The position numbers and the translations under genes are program-made. A stretch of 64,000 bases of DNA, from contig JAOPTW010000034.1 of NCBI GenBank assembly GCA_051532035.1, positions 1 through 64,000 of the forward strand, given 5' to 3'. The notes under the pieces are model-generated. The model made no database searches. It saw only the letters and a list, made by a program, of their open reading frames with translations, and had not been told where the DNA came from. Source of the DNA: Fibrobacterales bacterium (GTDB taxonomy: Bacteria > Fibrobacterota > Fibrobacteria > Fibrobacterales > JAOPTW01). Position 1 is the first letter of the stretch. Each line of letters starts with the position of its first letter. Of the stretch, positions 1 through 9,061 are shown piece by piece.

Positions 1-360
1 GTCTCTTCAGAAGCCCTTGAAAACCCGCCAATACTCACTGAATCATCAGGAGAACATGCAGAAAGTTCGATAGACGCACTGTATGAAAGCAGTGAAGAGA
101 AAACTGCTTTGGCTAAACAGGACACCCCCTTCTCAATTTCTCACTCTTCACAAGGGCTTATTATTGGCTCTGAATTGAATGGAGTAGCTCACATCAACAT
201 TTGGGATGTGATGGGTCAACTTCTCCTGAGCCAAACGGTTCATACTGGGAACAATTCTCTACCGATACACATCCCGACACACATCCCAACAGGCCTTTTG
301 ATCTATGGGATCGAGCATGATGGTGTGAGTAATTCTGGGGTATTATATTGGATTCATTAG
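1..360 (+). CDS. Partial (5'-truncated) secreted protein ending in a T9SS-type-A/Fibrobacter-like C-terminal sorting domain
   Basis: Frame 1 is open from base 1 (VSSEALENPP..., Ser/Glu-rich linker). The tail 'INIWDVMGQLLLSQ...IPTGLLIYGIE' resembles the I(Y/W)DxxG...LPxGxY C-terminal domain pattern. Confidence 0.65.
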   Translation, partial: VSSEALENPPILTESSGEHAESSIDALYESSEEKTALAKQDTPFSISHSSQGLIIGSELNGVAHINIWDVMGQLLLSQTVHTGNNSLPIHIPTHIPTGLLIYGIEHDGVSNSGVLYWIH

Positions 361-834
361 GGTTTGGGAAGACCTTTTCAGAAGGCGGACTCATACACAA
401 GATCTCCAACAAAATGCACCTATATCGGCTTCAAGGCCGGCACTAGAAAGGTCTATCACTCCTCTTTCATCGTCCACCCCGGCACTCAGTTCAGAAGCCC
501 GTAACGACTTTTCTTTACCCCCTTGGCTACAGACCAGTGATAGCTCACTTCTAGAAAACGTTACCCTCACACTAGAGCCACGAGCAGGTCATTCATATCA
601 ATCGATAATTGTCGATTGTGACACATTTTCTAATCCGATGACCATCCTCTGGTTCTATCAGTATAGCAGACACCATCAGCTATACTGAAGCCTGGACCAA
701 GGGCAGAGCTATTGAAGGAACATGCATCTATTATGATACGGATGACGAGTGAGAAGTCGAGTATAACAAGTTGAGGTGATTCATTATCTTTTACTTGGAT
801 CGGGGGGACATATATGTTACTACCCATAACCAGG

Positions 835-1425
835 TCATTTCACTATAGCGTTGATATCAACATCGTAATCCATGATTGCTTTGAGCTCACGAGAAACCTG
901 ACTGACTCTATTCTCATTTACAGACAATAGATTAATAGACGTTTCCCATACCGCTTGCTCGCCCGAACTATAATGAAGTGTGAGACAGAGAATAGAATCG
1001 TCAATAATTTCTGGGGTTAGCCAATAGTGTTTTACGGGGATAGCGCACTTTTTTATCAATTGAATCATTGTGTCTTGGCGCAGATGTTGGAGATCAACGA
1101 CTATTGTTCGGAGAACCGTTCGTGCAACGCTATGCTCCATAGCGGCACTCGGAAAATAGACATTAAGGGTTTTGGTTTGCAGAGAAGGTTTGCCGGGTAC
1201 TGCTACAGAATTATCCGACTCTATCAAGGAGCGATTATAATAGTGGGTCGCCTCAGTTCGGTTAGAAACCCCAAAGTTTTCATAAATTTTTTGAAGATGC
1301 ACTTTAACAGTATTGGGCGAAATTGAGAGCCGTTGAGCGATCTCACTATTATGCAATCCCTGAGCCAACAAACTTAATATCTCTTTTTGACGCACTGTAA
1401 ATGTGTCAATAAACACAGGTACCAT
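835..1425 (-). CDS. LuxR-family HTH transcriptional regulator with N-terminal HTH and no receiver domain
   Basis: 'FTVRQKEILSLLAQGLHNSEIAQRLSISPNTVKVHLQKIYENFGVSNRTEA' is a canonical LuxR HTH. GGAG-type RBS upstream. Confidence 0.9.
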   Translation of the reverse strand: MVPVFIDTFTVRQKEILSLLAQGLHNSEIAQRLSISPNTVKVHLQKIYENFGVSNRTEATHYYNRSLIESDNSVAVPGKPSLQTKTLNVYFPSAAMEHSVARTVLRTIVVDLQHLRQDTMIQLIKKCAIPVKHYWLTPEIIDDSILCLTLHYSSGEQAVWETSINLLSVNENRVSQVSRELKAIMDYDVDINAIVK

Positions 1426-1550
1426 AGTGCTCCTTTGCTTTCTCTTCTCGTGTATGCAATCTATATGATTAATAGAAAATTTAATAATTTACAAAGTTTT
1501 ATTATCACATAGATGGAGTTACATACCTCACTGTTTCAAATAATTGAGTT

Positions 1551-1592
1551 TTAGGCTACGATTAACAGTATATACTTTGTGCTAGGCTACGG
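1551..1592. promoter_or_regulatory. Paired direct-repeat motif GGCTACG-N24-GGCTACG, copy 1
   Basis: GGCTACG at 1554 and 1585 (31-bp period). A second pair with identical spacing lies at 3678/3709. Confidence 0.5.
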
Positions 1593-1714
1593 TATAATGA
1601 TTTAGAAGAATAAGGCCCTACCGAAGAAGATGAACCAACACGATTTGAATAATGAGCGAGTGGGTGAGTACAGTGCAATACCGGAGCTGAAAACCCCGGT
1701 GTACTGAGAGAAGT

Positions 1715-2734
1715 TTACAACTCCAGCAATTCCGGACAATCAAAACCCAACGCACCTAAGGCTTCTATCGTTGGTTCAATAAAGGTTACGGTTGTAGTGT
1801 CGGTACCTGCAATAACAGCACCCTCTGATTTATAGAGTGCATCCTCCAGACAACACTTCTCAACATAAAAAAAGGATTGTTCTTCACTATTAACCAAAAA
1901 ATCGAAACTATAAGCATTACCACTATCTTGTGTTCCGTCTTTCTGACTAACAATGGTATAGCCAAATGAAGCACTATCTTTTTTTATAGAAATTAAATTT
2001 CCATATACAACGGTATCCGTCGGAGTCACATGCAAATAAACATCACCATCAGCCGACTGAAAAAGTGATGATACTGCTACCGTACTATCCTTCTGCACTG
2101 CTTTGATCAACGGGCAATGATCAGGTTTCTGCTCAGACACTGTTTCGGGTGTCTTTGGGATAGTGGTGATTGTTGATCCTTTAAAAGGTACCAGCTTTAC
2201 TCCTGACGGAGTCACCATCTGAATCTCCTGTCGATCTTCAATCCGACTGGGCGATTCTATATCAAGAACCCGATAGGCAAATTGCAGAGAGTCAAGATGA
2301 GTAAATGAGTGATCATAGAGATAGACCTCTTGAACGGTACTATCCTTTACCGAAAGTACTCCTTCTGTAACAGGATAAAAAGGGAGCGCCGCAATGGTAT
2401 AGTCCGGAGCTTTTTTCGAAAGAACTATTGAGCGATAGAGGGTTCCACTTGTACTATCCATTGCAAAGATATCATAGTTCCCCAGTGGTACATTGGTAAA
2501 GAGAAACGACCCATCGTTTTCAATAGTCGCCACATCAAATCGATCTTGAGGTGCATTACTCGGATAGAGACCCAGCTCTCTGCCAACTCTGTGATCGTCA
2601 GGCACCTCAGCGGTCCCTGGATTATCAATAGCCGTGCTCCCACTAATACTTCCAGGAGTCGTCTCCATTATATCAGACAAACTACACTGCACTATCATCA
2701 GCACGAAACAGAGCACGAGTACCTGATTCATCAT
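1715..2734 (-). CDS. Putative lipoprotein with carboxypeptidase-regulatory-like (prealbumin-fold) domain
   Basis: Signal peptide ending 'IVQC'; motifs 'GSISG' and 'DGSFLFTNVPLGNYDIFA'. The start overlaps the stop of the upstream TIGR02147 gene (ATGA). Confidence 0.7.
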   Translation of the reverse strand: MMNQVLVLCFVLMIVQCSLSDIMETTPGSISGSTAIDNPGTAEVPDDHRVGRELGLYPSNAPQDRFDVATIENDGSFLFTNVPLGNYDIFAMDSTSGTLYRSIVLSKKAPDYTIAALPFYPVTEGVLSVKDSTVQEVYLYDHSFTHLDSLQFAYRVLDIESPSRIEDRQEIQMVTPSGVKLVPFKGSTITTIPKTPETVSEQKPDHCPLIKAVQKDSTVAVSSLFQSADGDVYLHVTPTDTVVYGNLISIKKDSASFGYTIVSQKDGTQDSGNAYSFDFLVNSEEQSFFYVEKCCLEDALYKSEGAVIAGTDTTTVTFIEPTIEALGALGFDCPELLEL

Positions 2735-3594
2735 ATATCCGTTCCTAAAGGTTCTGCAGCATTACTCTTCAAACTTTTCGAAGGCTGTAATAAAGAAAAA
2801 TACTGCATATTAATTTGACACACTGTCTCTATGGGTTCTTCTTTTTGGAGTATTTTTTCAATGATACCCCTGCATTCATGAAGCGCTCGATTAATCTCAT
2901 TGTACGATTGTTTCGACACCCCGGCGGTAACAGAAACAACATACCGGTCATCGGGGGGAAACTCTTCGAGTGCCCGTTGGCCGAGTTCCATAAGATCTTT
3001 CATATACGACACCACAACAAAATCAACATGACTATTATTGGTGCGCAACATATGACTGGTCTGACGAAACACCCCAGACTCTTCGGTAATCAAATCGAGC
3101 CTCTTAAGTAAGCCTATAGAACTTTGAACCTCTCTACCCGATATTGAAGGCGAGAGTAACCGACCCAGCCGATATACATCACCATTATACAAAGGACTGC
3201 ATATGAGTTCTCGAATTACAGGGTGATACCACTGACGAAAATAGGCGTATGTATCACGCTCTATGGTAAACACTTCTGGGTTCATCAATTGCTGCATGAC
3301 CTCATAGGCATTTTTTTTATCTTCTACAGATTTCGCATGTTTGTATTGAATCATCAAGCCCAAATAGCGCTCTTCTTTTTTCTTTGATGCCACAAAGGGG
3401 GCAATACGAGGAAGCGATCGAAGGGTAAGAGGCCGAGCCCCTGTAAATATTTTGTGCATATAGGCTTTTGATTTAACCCCTGCGCGGTCTGCCAGCTTTT
3501 GATAAGATAATCGAGGATTGTTCTTTTTAGCTTCTGCGAGCCAATCTACAAGATACTCCTGATAATCCCAATAATCATATATTGATACTCTCAT
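2731..3594 (-). CDS. TIGR02147-family protein (N-terminal HTH plus DUF4423-like domain)
   Basis: Family motifs 'IYDYWDYQEYL', 'LSYQKLADRAG', 'YFRQWYHPVIREL', 'VCQINMQYFSL'. Start placed at ATG 3594. Confidence 0.88.
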   Translation of the reverse strand: MRVSIYDYWDYQEYLVDWLAEAKKNNPRLSYQKLADRAGVKSKAYMHKIFTGARPLTLRSLPRIAPFVASKKKEERYLGLMIQYKHAKSVEDKKNAYEVMQQLMNPEVFTIERDTYAYFRQWYHPVIRELICSPLYNGDVYRLGRLLSPSISGREVQSSIGLLKRLDLITEESGVFRQTSHMLRTNNSHVDFVVVSYMKDLMELGQRALEEFPPDDRYVVSVTAGVSKQSYNEINRALHECRGIIEKILQKEEPIETVCQINMQYFSLLQPSKSLKSNAAEPLGTDI

Positions 3595-3674
3595 GTACTC
3601 AAATCTAGAAATTACCAGAAATTTATCATTACAAGTATGGGGCAGAAGATCAATCTGCCCCAATAAGTATAGAG

Positions 3675-3716
3675 TTAGGCTACGATTTGCCTTATTTTAG
3701 CTGTTTCTGGCTACGG
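3675..3716. promoter_or_regulatory. Paired direct-repeat motif GGCTACG-N24-GGCTACG, copy 2
   Basis: GGCTACG at 3678 and 3709. Shares the 13-mer TTAGGCTACGATT with copy 1. Confidence 0.5.
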
Positions 3717-4679
3717 GAGAGCTGCCGGAATATCGATAAACCGAGTCTCAGAGGGTGAAAACTCATCAACAACAGGGAGCGAGACTTTAAAGGCATAATG
3801 AGGAACGATACGGTCCTCTCCATTACTCCCTTTTTCGGGAAGCCAACTACAGGCAACGCCTTCAACCGCACTATTGGCCACACGCGCCATATCACTCTCC
3901 ACACTTTCAGTCAATACACTGGTGAGATCGAGAAGTGCCTCGTTTACCGTTCGAATTTCTACAAAAGTATCTGCCGTAAACTGAGGCCAGCGAATCCGAA
4001 CTTCATTGAGTCTACCCTCACGAGTGAACCACACCTCTACAAATGAGAGGTTTTTACGTATTATCCCCCCATTAAAAAGACGGCGAAAGCGGACACCATA
4101 GCGAGACACCGACTCAACTTCTTCAAAAGAGTCTGCTTGAGCAACAGGAATCTCAGCGGCGATTTCATTCACCATCATATCAAATTCGAGTTGCTGACTC
4201 ACAAATGAGAGTTCTGCCCCTATCAGCGTTGCCGACATATGTTGAATCGCCTCCTGAGAAAACTGATCAATCCTATAGTGATCATCACCTTCACCTAACG
4301 TAAGGGTAAAGAGCTGGTCACGCGGTTCGTACCGACTCTGCAATTGAGCCTGAGGTGCACGCACTGTTCTCAGAGAATCAAATGCTGCACCATCAAGAGT
4401 AAATGCAATGGTGTAGCTTTCGAGCCCCCCATCACGCCAACCATTTGCAAGAGGTGTTAGTGAACTGCCCCCTGCACGAGAAGGCAACTGATCGGTATCC
4501 CCTGCTGTTGCGAGTATTGCTGCGGTGGCATGCCCATTCCCCGATCGATACAGGTGTGATGACTCTTCGTAAAAGGAAGTGGTAAAAGTGGTGACCGCAT
4601 CGGAGACACCCTGCGCCCATAACAGTGACGTCGCCACGGTAATAGTAACGATAACGGTACGTATTGATAATATATTCAT
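3711..4679 (-). CDS. Secreted hypothetical protein; C-terminal half resembles YcdB/FTP-PepSY propeptide-like folds
   Basis: Signal peptide '...SLLWA', GGAG RBS, and the pattern 'YGVRFRRLFNG...FVEVWFTREG...TVNEAL...IVPHYAF'. Confidence 0.55.
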   Translation of the reverse strand: MNILSIRTVIVTITVATSLLWAQGVSDAVTTFTTSFYEESSHLYRSGNGHATAAILATAGDTDQLPSRAGGSSLTPLANGWRDGGLESYTIAFTLDGAAFDSLRTVRAPQAQLQSRYEPRDQLFTLTLGEGDDHYRIDQFSQEAIQHMSATLIGAELSFVSQQLEFDMMVNEIAAEIPVAQADSFEEVESVSRYGVRFRRLFNGGIIRKNLSFVEVWFTREGRLNEVRIRWPQFTADTFVEIRTVNEALLDLTSVLTESVESDMARVANSAVEGVACSWLPEKGSNGEDRIVPHYAFKVSLPVVDEFSPSETRFIDIPAALP

Positions 4680-4688
4680 ATATTCTCC

Positions 4689-5519
4689 TTAGTAATTTGG
4701 GGTTCCATATACCACTGACAAGCGAGAGATATACTGTTTTGCGGTTCCAATAGCACGATCATTATAAACATTGGTAAAGGTCTCATCAGCACCATTAAAG
4801 GTTAGGCCATCAGCGGTCCCTTTAAGGTAGATCATCTTGGGTTCGATCCCTGCCGACAGATCTTGATATATCTCATTGTTGACGGCATCTTTAAACGAGT
4901 TCCAAAAAGTTTTCCCCAATGTTATCCAGTTGTAAGAGAAAGCATCCCACACCTCTTCACTATACCCATTAGAAGCTCCTCCATGTACACTAGATGAGTT
5001 ATATCCAAACATAGCGTGAATGCCATCAAAGGCCGGCAACATATCAGTTAAACCGATTCGCATCCCCCATGGCATATCATAAAAAACCCATTTGGTGTAG
5101 TCGTTGCCATAGCCTTTGTCTGCAGGGGCCACTGTTCCGCCATCATAGCAGATAGGGCCAGCCGTCAACTTACCGCCATCATAGTTCCCCGAAGCATCAA
5201 TTCCTCCCAGACCAGAAAATATCACAAACTCAGAGTCATCCGAGATTGTTCCGGTCATATAACTTTCAGTAACAGTAGATCCCTGAAACTCATGACTACT
5301 TGGAGTAATCCGCACCCCAACTCCTGCGGCCTGTGCACGGGTGTGTAACTTATCAACAAACTTCGCTGCATGTTCGTGACTTCGACTCATCCCTACCTTT
5401 CCAATTGGAATATAATTTTCAATAGAAAAGGAGGTTATCCATGCGTATTCAAGTGTCCCCCACCCCCCAGCAAAAAGCATAGTGGTGGCACTAAAAAGCA
5501 GTAATAGCATTTTTATCAT
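4689..5519 (-). CDS. Secreted DUF6345-like protein
   Basis: Signal peptide '...TMLFA'. Motif order 'DSEFVIFSGLG', 'YGNDYTKWVFYD', 'AFDGIHAMFGY', 'GKTFWNSF' matches my recollection of DUF6345. Confidence 0.55.
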   Translation of the reverse strand: MIKMLLLLFSATTMLFAGGWGTLEYAWITSFSIENYIPIGKVGMSRSHEHAAKFVDKLHTRAQAAGVGVRITPSSHEFQGSTVTESYMTGTISDDSEFVIFSGLGGIDASGNYDGGKLTAGPICYDGGTVAPADKGYGNDYTKWVFYDMPWGMRIGLTDMLPAFDGIHAMFGYNSSSVHGGASNGYSEEVWDAFSYNWITLGKTFWNSFKDAVNNEIYQDLSAGIEPKMIYLKGTADGLTFNGADETFTNVYNDRAIGTAKQYISRLSVVYGTPNY

Positions 5520-6248
5520 ATTTTATTGACCTTTATTTATGTTATGTGATTATTCGAAATCCACCTCTGAGGCGAACCCAAATTGAATTATAATCAAAAA
5601 TTTTTAAGGACATTGTGAATAAAATTTGATTAGTAACGGTGCTTAAATATTAATTTTTTCGCGTATTTCCCCATTATAGCATTCGTTAAAATAGTTACAC
5701 TCAGTTGAGTCTACCCCAAATAGTTCCCCAGCATTTAGTTGCGATACCCCCTTTATATACCGAGCATATATATCACAATCATCATCATTCGCCCTACTAG
5801 AGACTACAGAAATGAGTACTTACGTTTTAAAACAGTCATTTTTAAAAAAACGTTACACAGAATCTAGGATACCCTATCATGCTTACACACAAAAAATCTT
5901 TTTTCCGACACTATCGAGTACCGTAACACAGACTCTCCCAAAGAGCAATTTTTTGAGGATACGAAAGAGACAAAGACCTGCTTAAAAATATGACAATGCA
6001 TTAATGTATGCACACAACAGTGAGTGACGAGGCCAAGATAAAACCCTTTACGATATATTTCTCGACTCCAATAGAGACCGGTACTCGAATTATCTGAAGT
6101 GGCTCAGGATACTAAACACCCAGCCAGAAATGGGCTTCGTCTCACGCACTGACTATTGTAGAAAACAGTATTTAAAGCAGAAGAAGCTTTAGAGGCCGAT
6201 TGCCTCAAAGACGGTTTGTTAACCATTTCTACTCCGTAGTATTCCCTA

Positions 6249-7817
6249 CTACGGAGTAATCACCGTACTGAAATCAACTGCAGGACGCCACATCTCCTCT
6301 TCACCTTGAGCGATAGCATTAGAAATGATTGTCCCGGGATAGCGCCACGTATAATCTAAGACAGCACTTGGAGCGCCATCGGAATAGGCAAAGTCATAGG
6401 CAAATACTAACCGAGATAGGTCGGCAATCTGAGAGGCATTTCGGTTGAGATTTAATACGATTTCATCAGAGGATAGTGCACGATTCCATAAGCGCACATT
6501 ATCAATACTACAGGCGCTATGCCAGGAATAGTTATTGTTAATGCCAACAACATTTGAGCTCGCCCCAATAAGATTATCGGTACGAGGCATTGAGTCCGGC
6601 AAAGCATTTTTATCGGTAAACTCAGAATATATTGCACTGCCATTTATATACACCGTAAGAAGAGTATCAGGAGTAACCGTCACTGCAATATGATTCCATT
6701 CATCATTTTCTATAGCAATGGGAATAATTTCAGTACTCTTTGTATCAACAGAGAGAGATGGATCCAGTGCATTAAATACTTTATAGTGAAGACTTGGAGT
6801 GTCTTTCCAAGGACCCAACACCAATTCAATACGAAACTGATCATTACCCTCTGCAGACAGACTCATTAAACTAGAAAAATTGTATATATCTGAATTCTGT
6901 ACCCACAGTTCCATAGTAATGCCATATCGAGGCCAATCATAATCGATGGTATCATGAATAGCGATATATTCATCAATGCCATTCAGATGCAGTATCTGTG
7001 TTTCATCACTATACGCACTACTGGAAATCGGTTCCTCAGAAGAGGATAGATTTTGAACAGAAGAATTAAAAGAACTCGAAGATAATTCAGAGCTCCATTC
7101 AGAACTCAATTGGCTCACTGTAGATGAATGCGTATCATCACTTGACTCTTCAAACGCTTCACTACTTAAACTACCCGCACTACTCTCTGCATATATCTCT
7201 GTCAGGGTATTATTAGAGGTAACCTTAAAATATTCTGTATCAAATGGAGCTTCTGCAACCTCCTCATCTACCAACAAGAGCGGGGTATAGTTACCGGGCG
7301 GCACATCTGAAAAAGTAACGGTGGCCCATGAATCTTTTATTCTCACTTGTGCACTATAGGTTGTATTGTACAATGCCACAACACATGCTTCTGCATCTTC
7401 TGAATAAGGAAAAGAGATAACCAGCTCCCCAGTCTTTTTGAGGGTATCGTTCACTGGTTCTGAAGCATCTGCTCCTATCGTGACTCTCTCTTTGTACAAC
7501 CCCTGCTTATCAGTTGCATAGTCAATTTCTAGAGCATACTTTTTGTCTGCCACATCGTCTATTACATAGGCACCATCAACATCAGTGGTAGCCGTTAAAG
7601 CCGACGGTGCCTCATTGTGCATATTCCCCCGAGGCACTAACCGAACCTCAGCATTATAGGCAGGCTGTCCATCAGCAGTGTAGACCGTACCAGCAATTGA
7701 GCCTCCAGCTTCAACATCAGTAATCCCTACTTGCTCCCTTTCGGCCACAGTACACGCACCCAAAACGTACACAAATAAGAGTGCAAAAGCACCTCTATAG
7801 TGATCATAAAAAAACAT
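6249..7817 (-). CDS. Lipoprotein: carboxypeptidase-regulatory-like domains, Ser-rich linker, LamG/concanavalin-like domain
   Basis: Lipobox 'LGAC'; 'GSIAGTVYTADGQPA..AEVRL'; LamG motifs 'ITMELWV', 'WNHIAVT', 'VYING', 'IDNVRLWNRALS'. Confidence 0.85.
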   Translation of the reverse strand: MFFYDHYRGAFALLFVYVLGACTVAEREQVGITDVEAGGSIAGTVYTADGQPAYNAEVRLVPRGNMHNEAPSALTATTDVDGAYVIDDVADKKYALEIDYATDKQGLYKERVTIGADASEPVNDTLKKTGELVISFPYSEDAEACVVALYNTTYSAQVRIKDSWATVTFSDVPPGNYTPLLLVDEEVAEAPFDTEYFKVTSNNTLTEIYAESSAGSLSSEAFEESSDDTHSSTVSQLSSEWSSELSSSSFNSSVQNLSSSEEPISSSAYSDETQILHLNGIDEYIAIHDTIDYDWPRYGITMELWVQNSDIYNFSSLMSLSAEGNDQFRIELVLGPWKDTPSLHYKVFNALDPSLSVDTKSTEIIPIAIENDEWNHIAVTVTPDTLLTVYINGSAIYSEFTDKNALPDSMPRTDNLIGASSNVVGINNNYSWHSACSIDNVRLWNRALSSDEIVLNLNRNASQIADLSRLVFAYDFAYSDGAPSAVLDYTWRYPGTIISNAIAQGEEEMWRPAVDFSTVITP

Positions 7818-8203
7818 GCTGTATTCCTGTTTGTATCGACTTACACACGGCACATCGGCCGTCTCCCCAAGTCATTCAATTGATTATCTGCGTCCCAGCC
7901 CTTAATATAACTGTAAACAAATGATTATTCTTCTCATTTGAATAAATACACCGGCATACAGACAATTTTCACTTCAAAAAATTCAAATAACACAAGAATC
8001 GTTGCTATGCACAGACCATTGCAGTAAACTGTATTTGAATCGGATGAATTACTTACAGAATCGTACGCAACCCATTCTTTAGTTTGAGTATGCAGATGAA
8101 GAGTACTCATTAACCGGAACTGGGCAGATGCCCCCCATCGGGACCAACCCTCTTGTAAACCTGATGGCAAACTAACAGGAGAAATTAAGTATTTTTCGTT
8201 ATG

Positions 8204-8232
8204 AGTAACATCTTTCCCTCTATAAGCGTCTA
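8204..8232 (+). promoter_or_regulatory. Putative ECF-sigma promoter (GTAAC-N17-CGTCTA)
   Basis: GTAAC at 8205-8209, a 17-nt spacer and CGTC at 8227-8230, about 30 bp upstream of ATG 8260. Confidence 0.4.
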
Positions 8233-8259
8233 ATCTTAAACAGAACCTCAAGGAAGACC

Positions 8260-8775
8260 ATGAAATCAAGTATACTCATAGTGTTAGTTCTTATACAACT
8301 GAGTTGGAGTGCTGCGTTCACTCATACACAAAGCAGTGATTATATGTGGGAGACCGGCATGGGCCTTACCGCTTTTGGACTCAATGGAACATTGTCGTTC
8401 ATGGAATATGAGGATTTCTTTGTATATGGCGGTTCCCTATCTGGATATATAGAGATAGAAGGTGCCGATGGTACTATTCCCGGTATAGAGTTTCATTCCC
8501 GAGCACTCTACCTTAATACACTGGTAGGTACCTATATAAATCATGGTAACCATTGGCTCTATGCTATAAGTGGGATAGGTATAGTAACAGGGAGAAAGGC
8601 AACAGGCGATAATCCTTGGGAGCCAATCTTTGAAAAGTATACCGCACTCACTATTCCACTGTATCTTAAATACCTCTATCCAGTGAAATTCGGTGCGATT
8701 GGCGTTGAGCTAGGCGGACATTTAAACCCTGAGATTTCTATGCCCTTTTTTAATGTTGTGATTGCGATTAGGTAG
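8260..8775 (+). CDS. Exported hypothetical protein, possibly a small outer-membrane beta-barrel
   Basis: AGGAAG RBS, signal peptide, Gly/aromatic-rich amphipathic strands. Confidence 0.6.
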   Translation: MKSSILIVLVLIQLSWSAAFTHTQSSDYMWETGMGLTAFGLNGTLSFMEYEDFFVYGGSLSGYIEIEGADGTIPGIEFHSRALYLNTLVGTYINHGNHWLYAISGIGIVTGRKATGDNPWEPIFEKYTALTIPLYLKYLYPVKFGAIGVELGGHLNPEISMPFFNVVIAIR

Positions 8776-9061
8776 GTAAGAACAAGCCGGTACCACTATA
8801 ACCACCTGACCCTATCCAACTCCTTTTTCTGATCTTTCTTAACCCAAAAGTGATTCCGAGTTTGATCCACCTGCTTAACGATTTCCTTAACCCGATATGC
8901 ATCCAATTTTATTTCAAACAATGCTTGCCCAATGGCATCGAGTACAAATCAGTTTCTACCCTTGCTTACAATATGTGAACAAATTTACCGATTCACACCA
9001 TGCTCATAGTTACTTATCAGATTAAATTAGTATATTAGTTAAAATATTTTGGAGTAACTCT

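Noticed and set aside
630..827. 65-aa ORF downstream of the LuxR gene
   Set aside because: No recognisable motif or clear RBS. It cannot be supported, although it is not excluded.
5520..6229. Long intergenic region as a possible ncRNA or riboswitch; scattered GTTAC/GTAAC words
   Set aside because: No convincing structure was seen, and the 5-mers lack consistent spacing, so they cannot be told from chance by eye.
7934..8269. 111-aa minus-strand ORF, and the many short antisense ORFs overlapping long genes
   Set aside because: They are shadows of better-supported genes or promoter regions and show no protein motifs.
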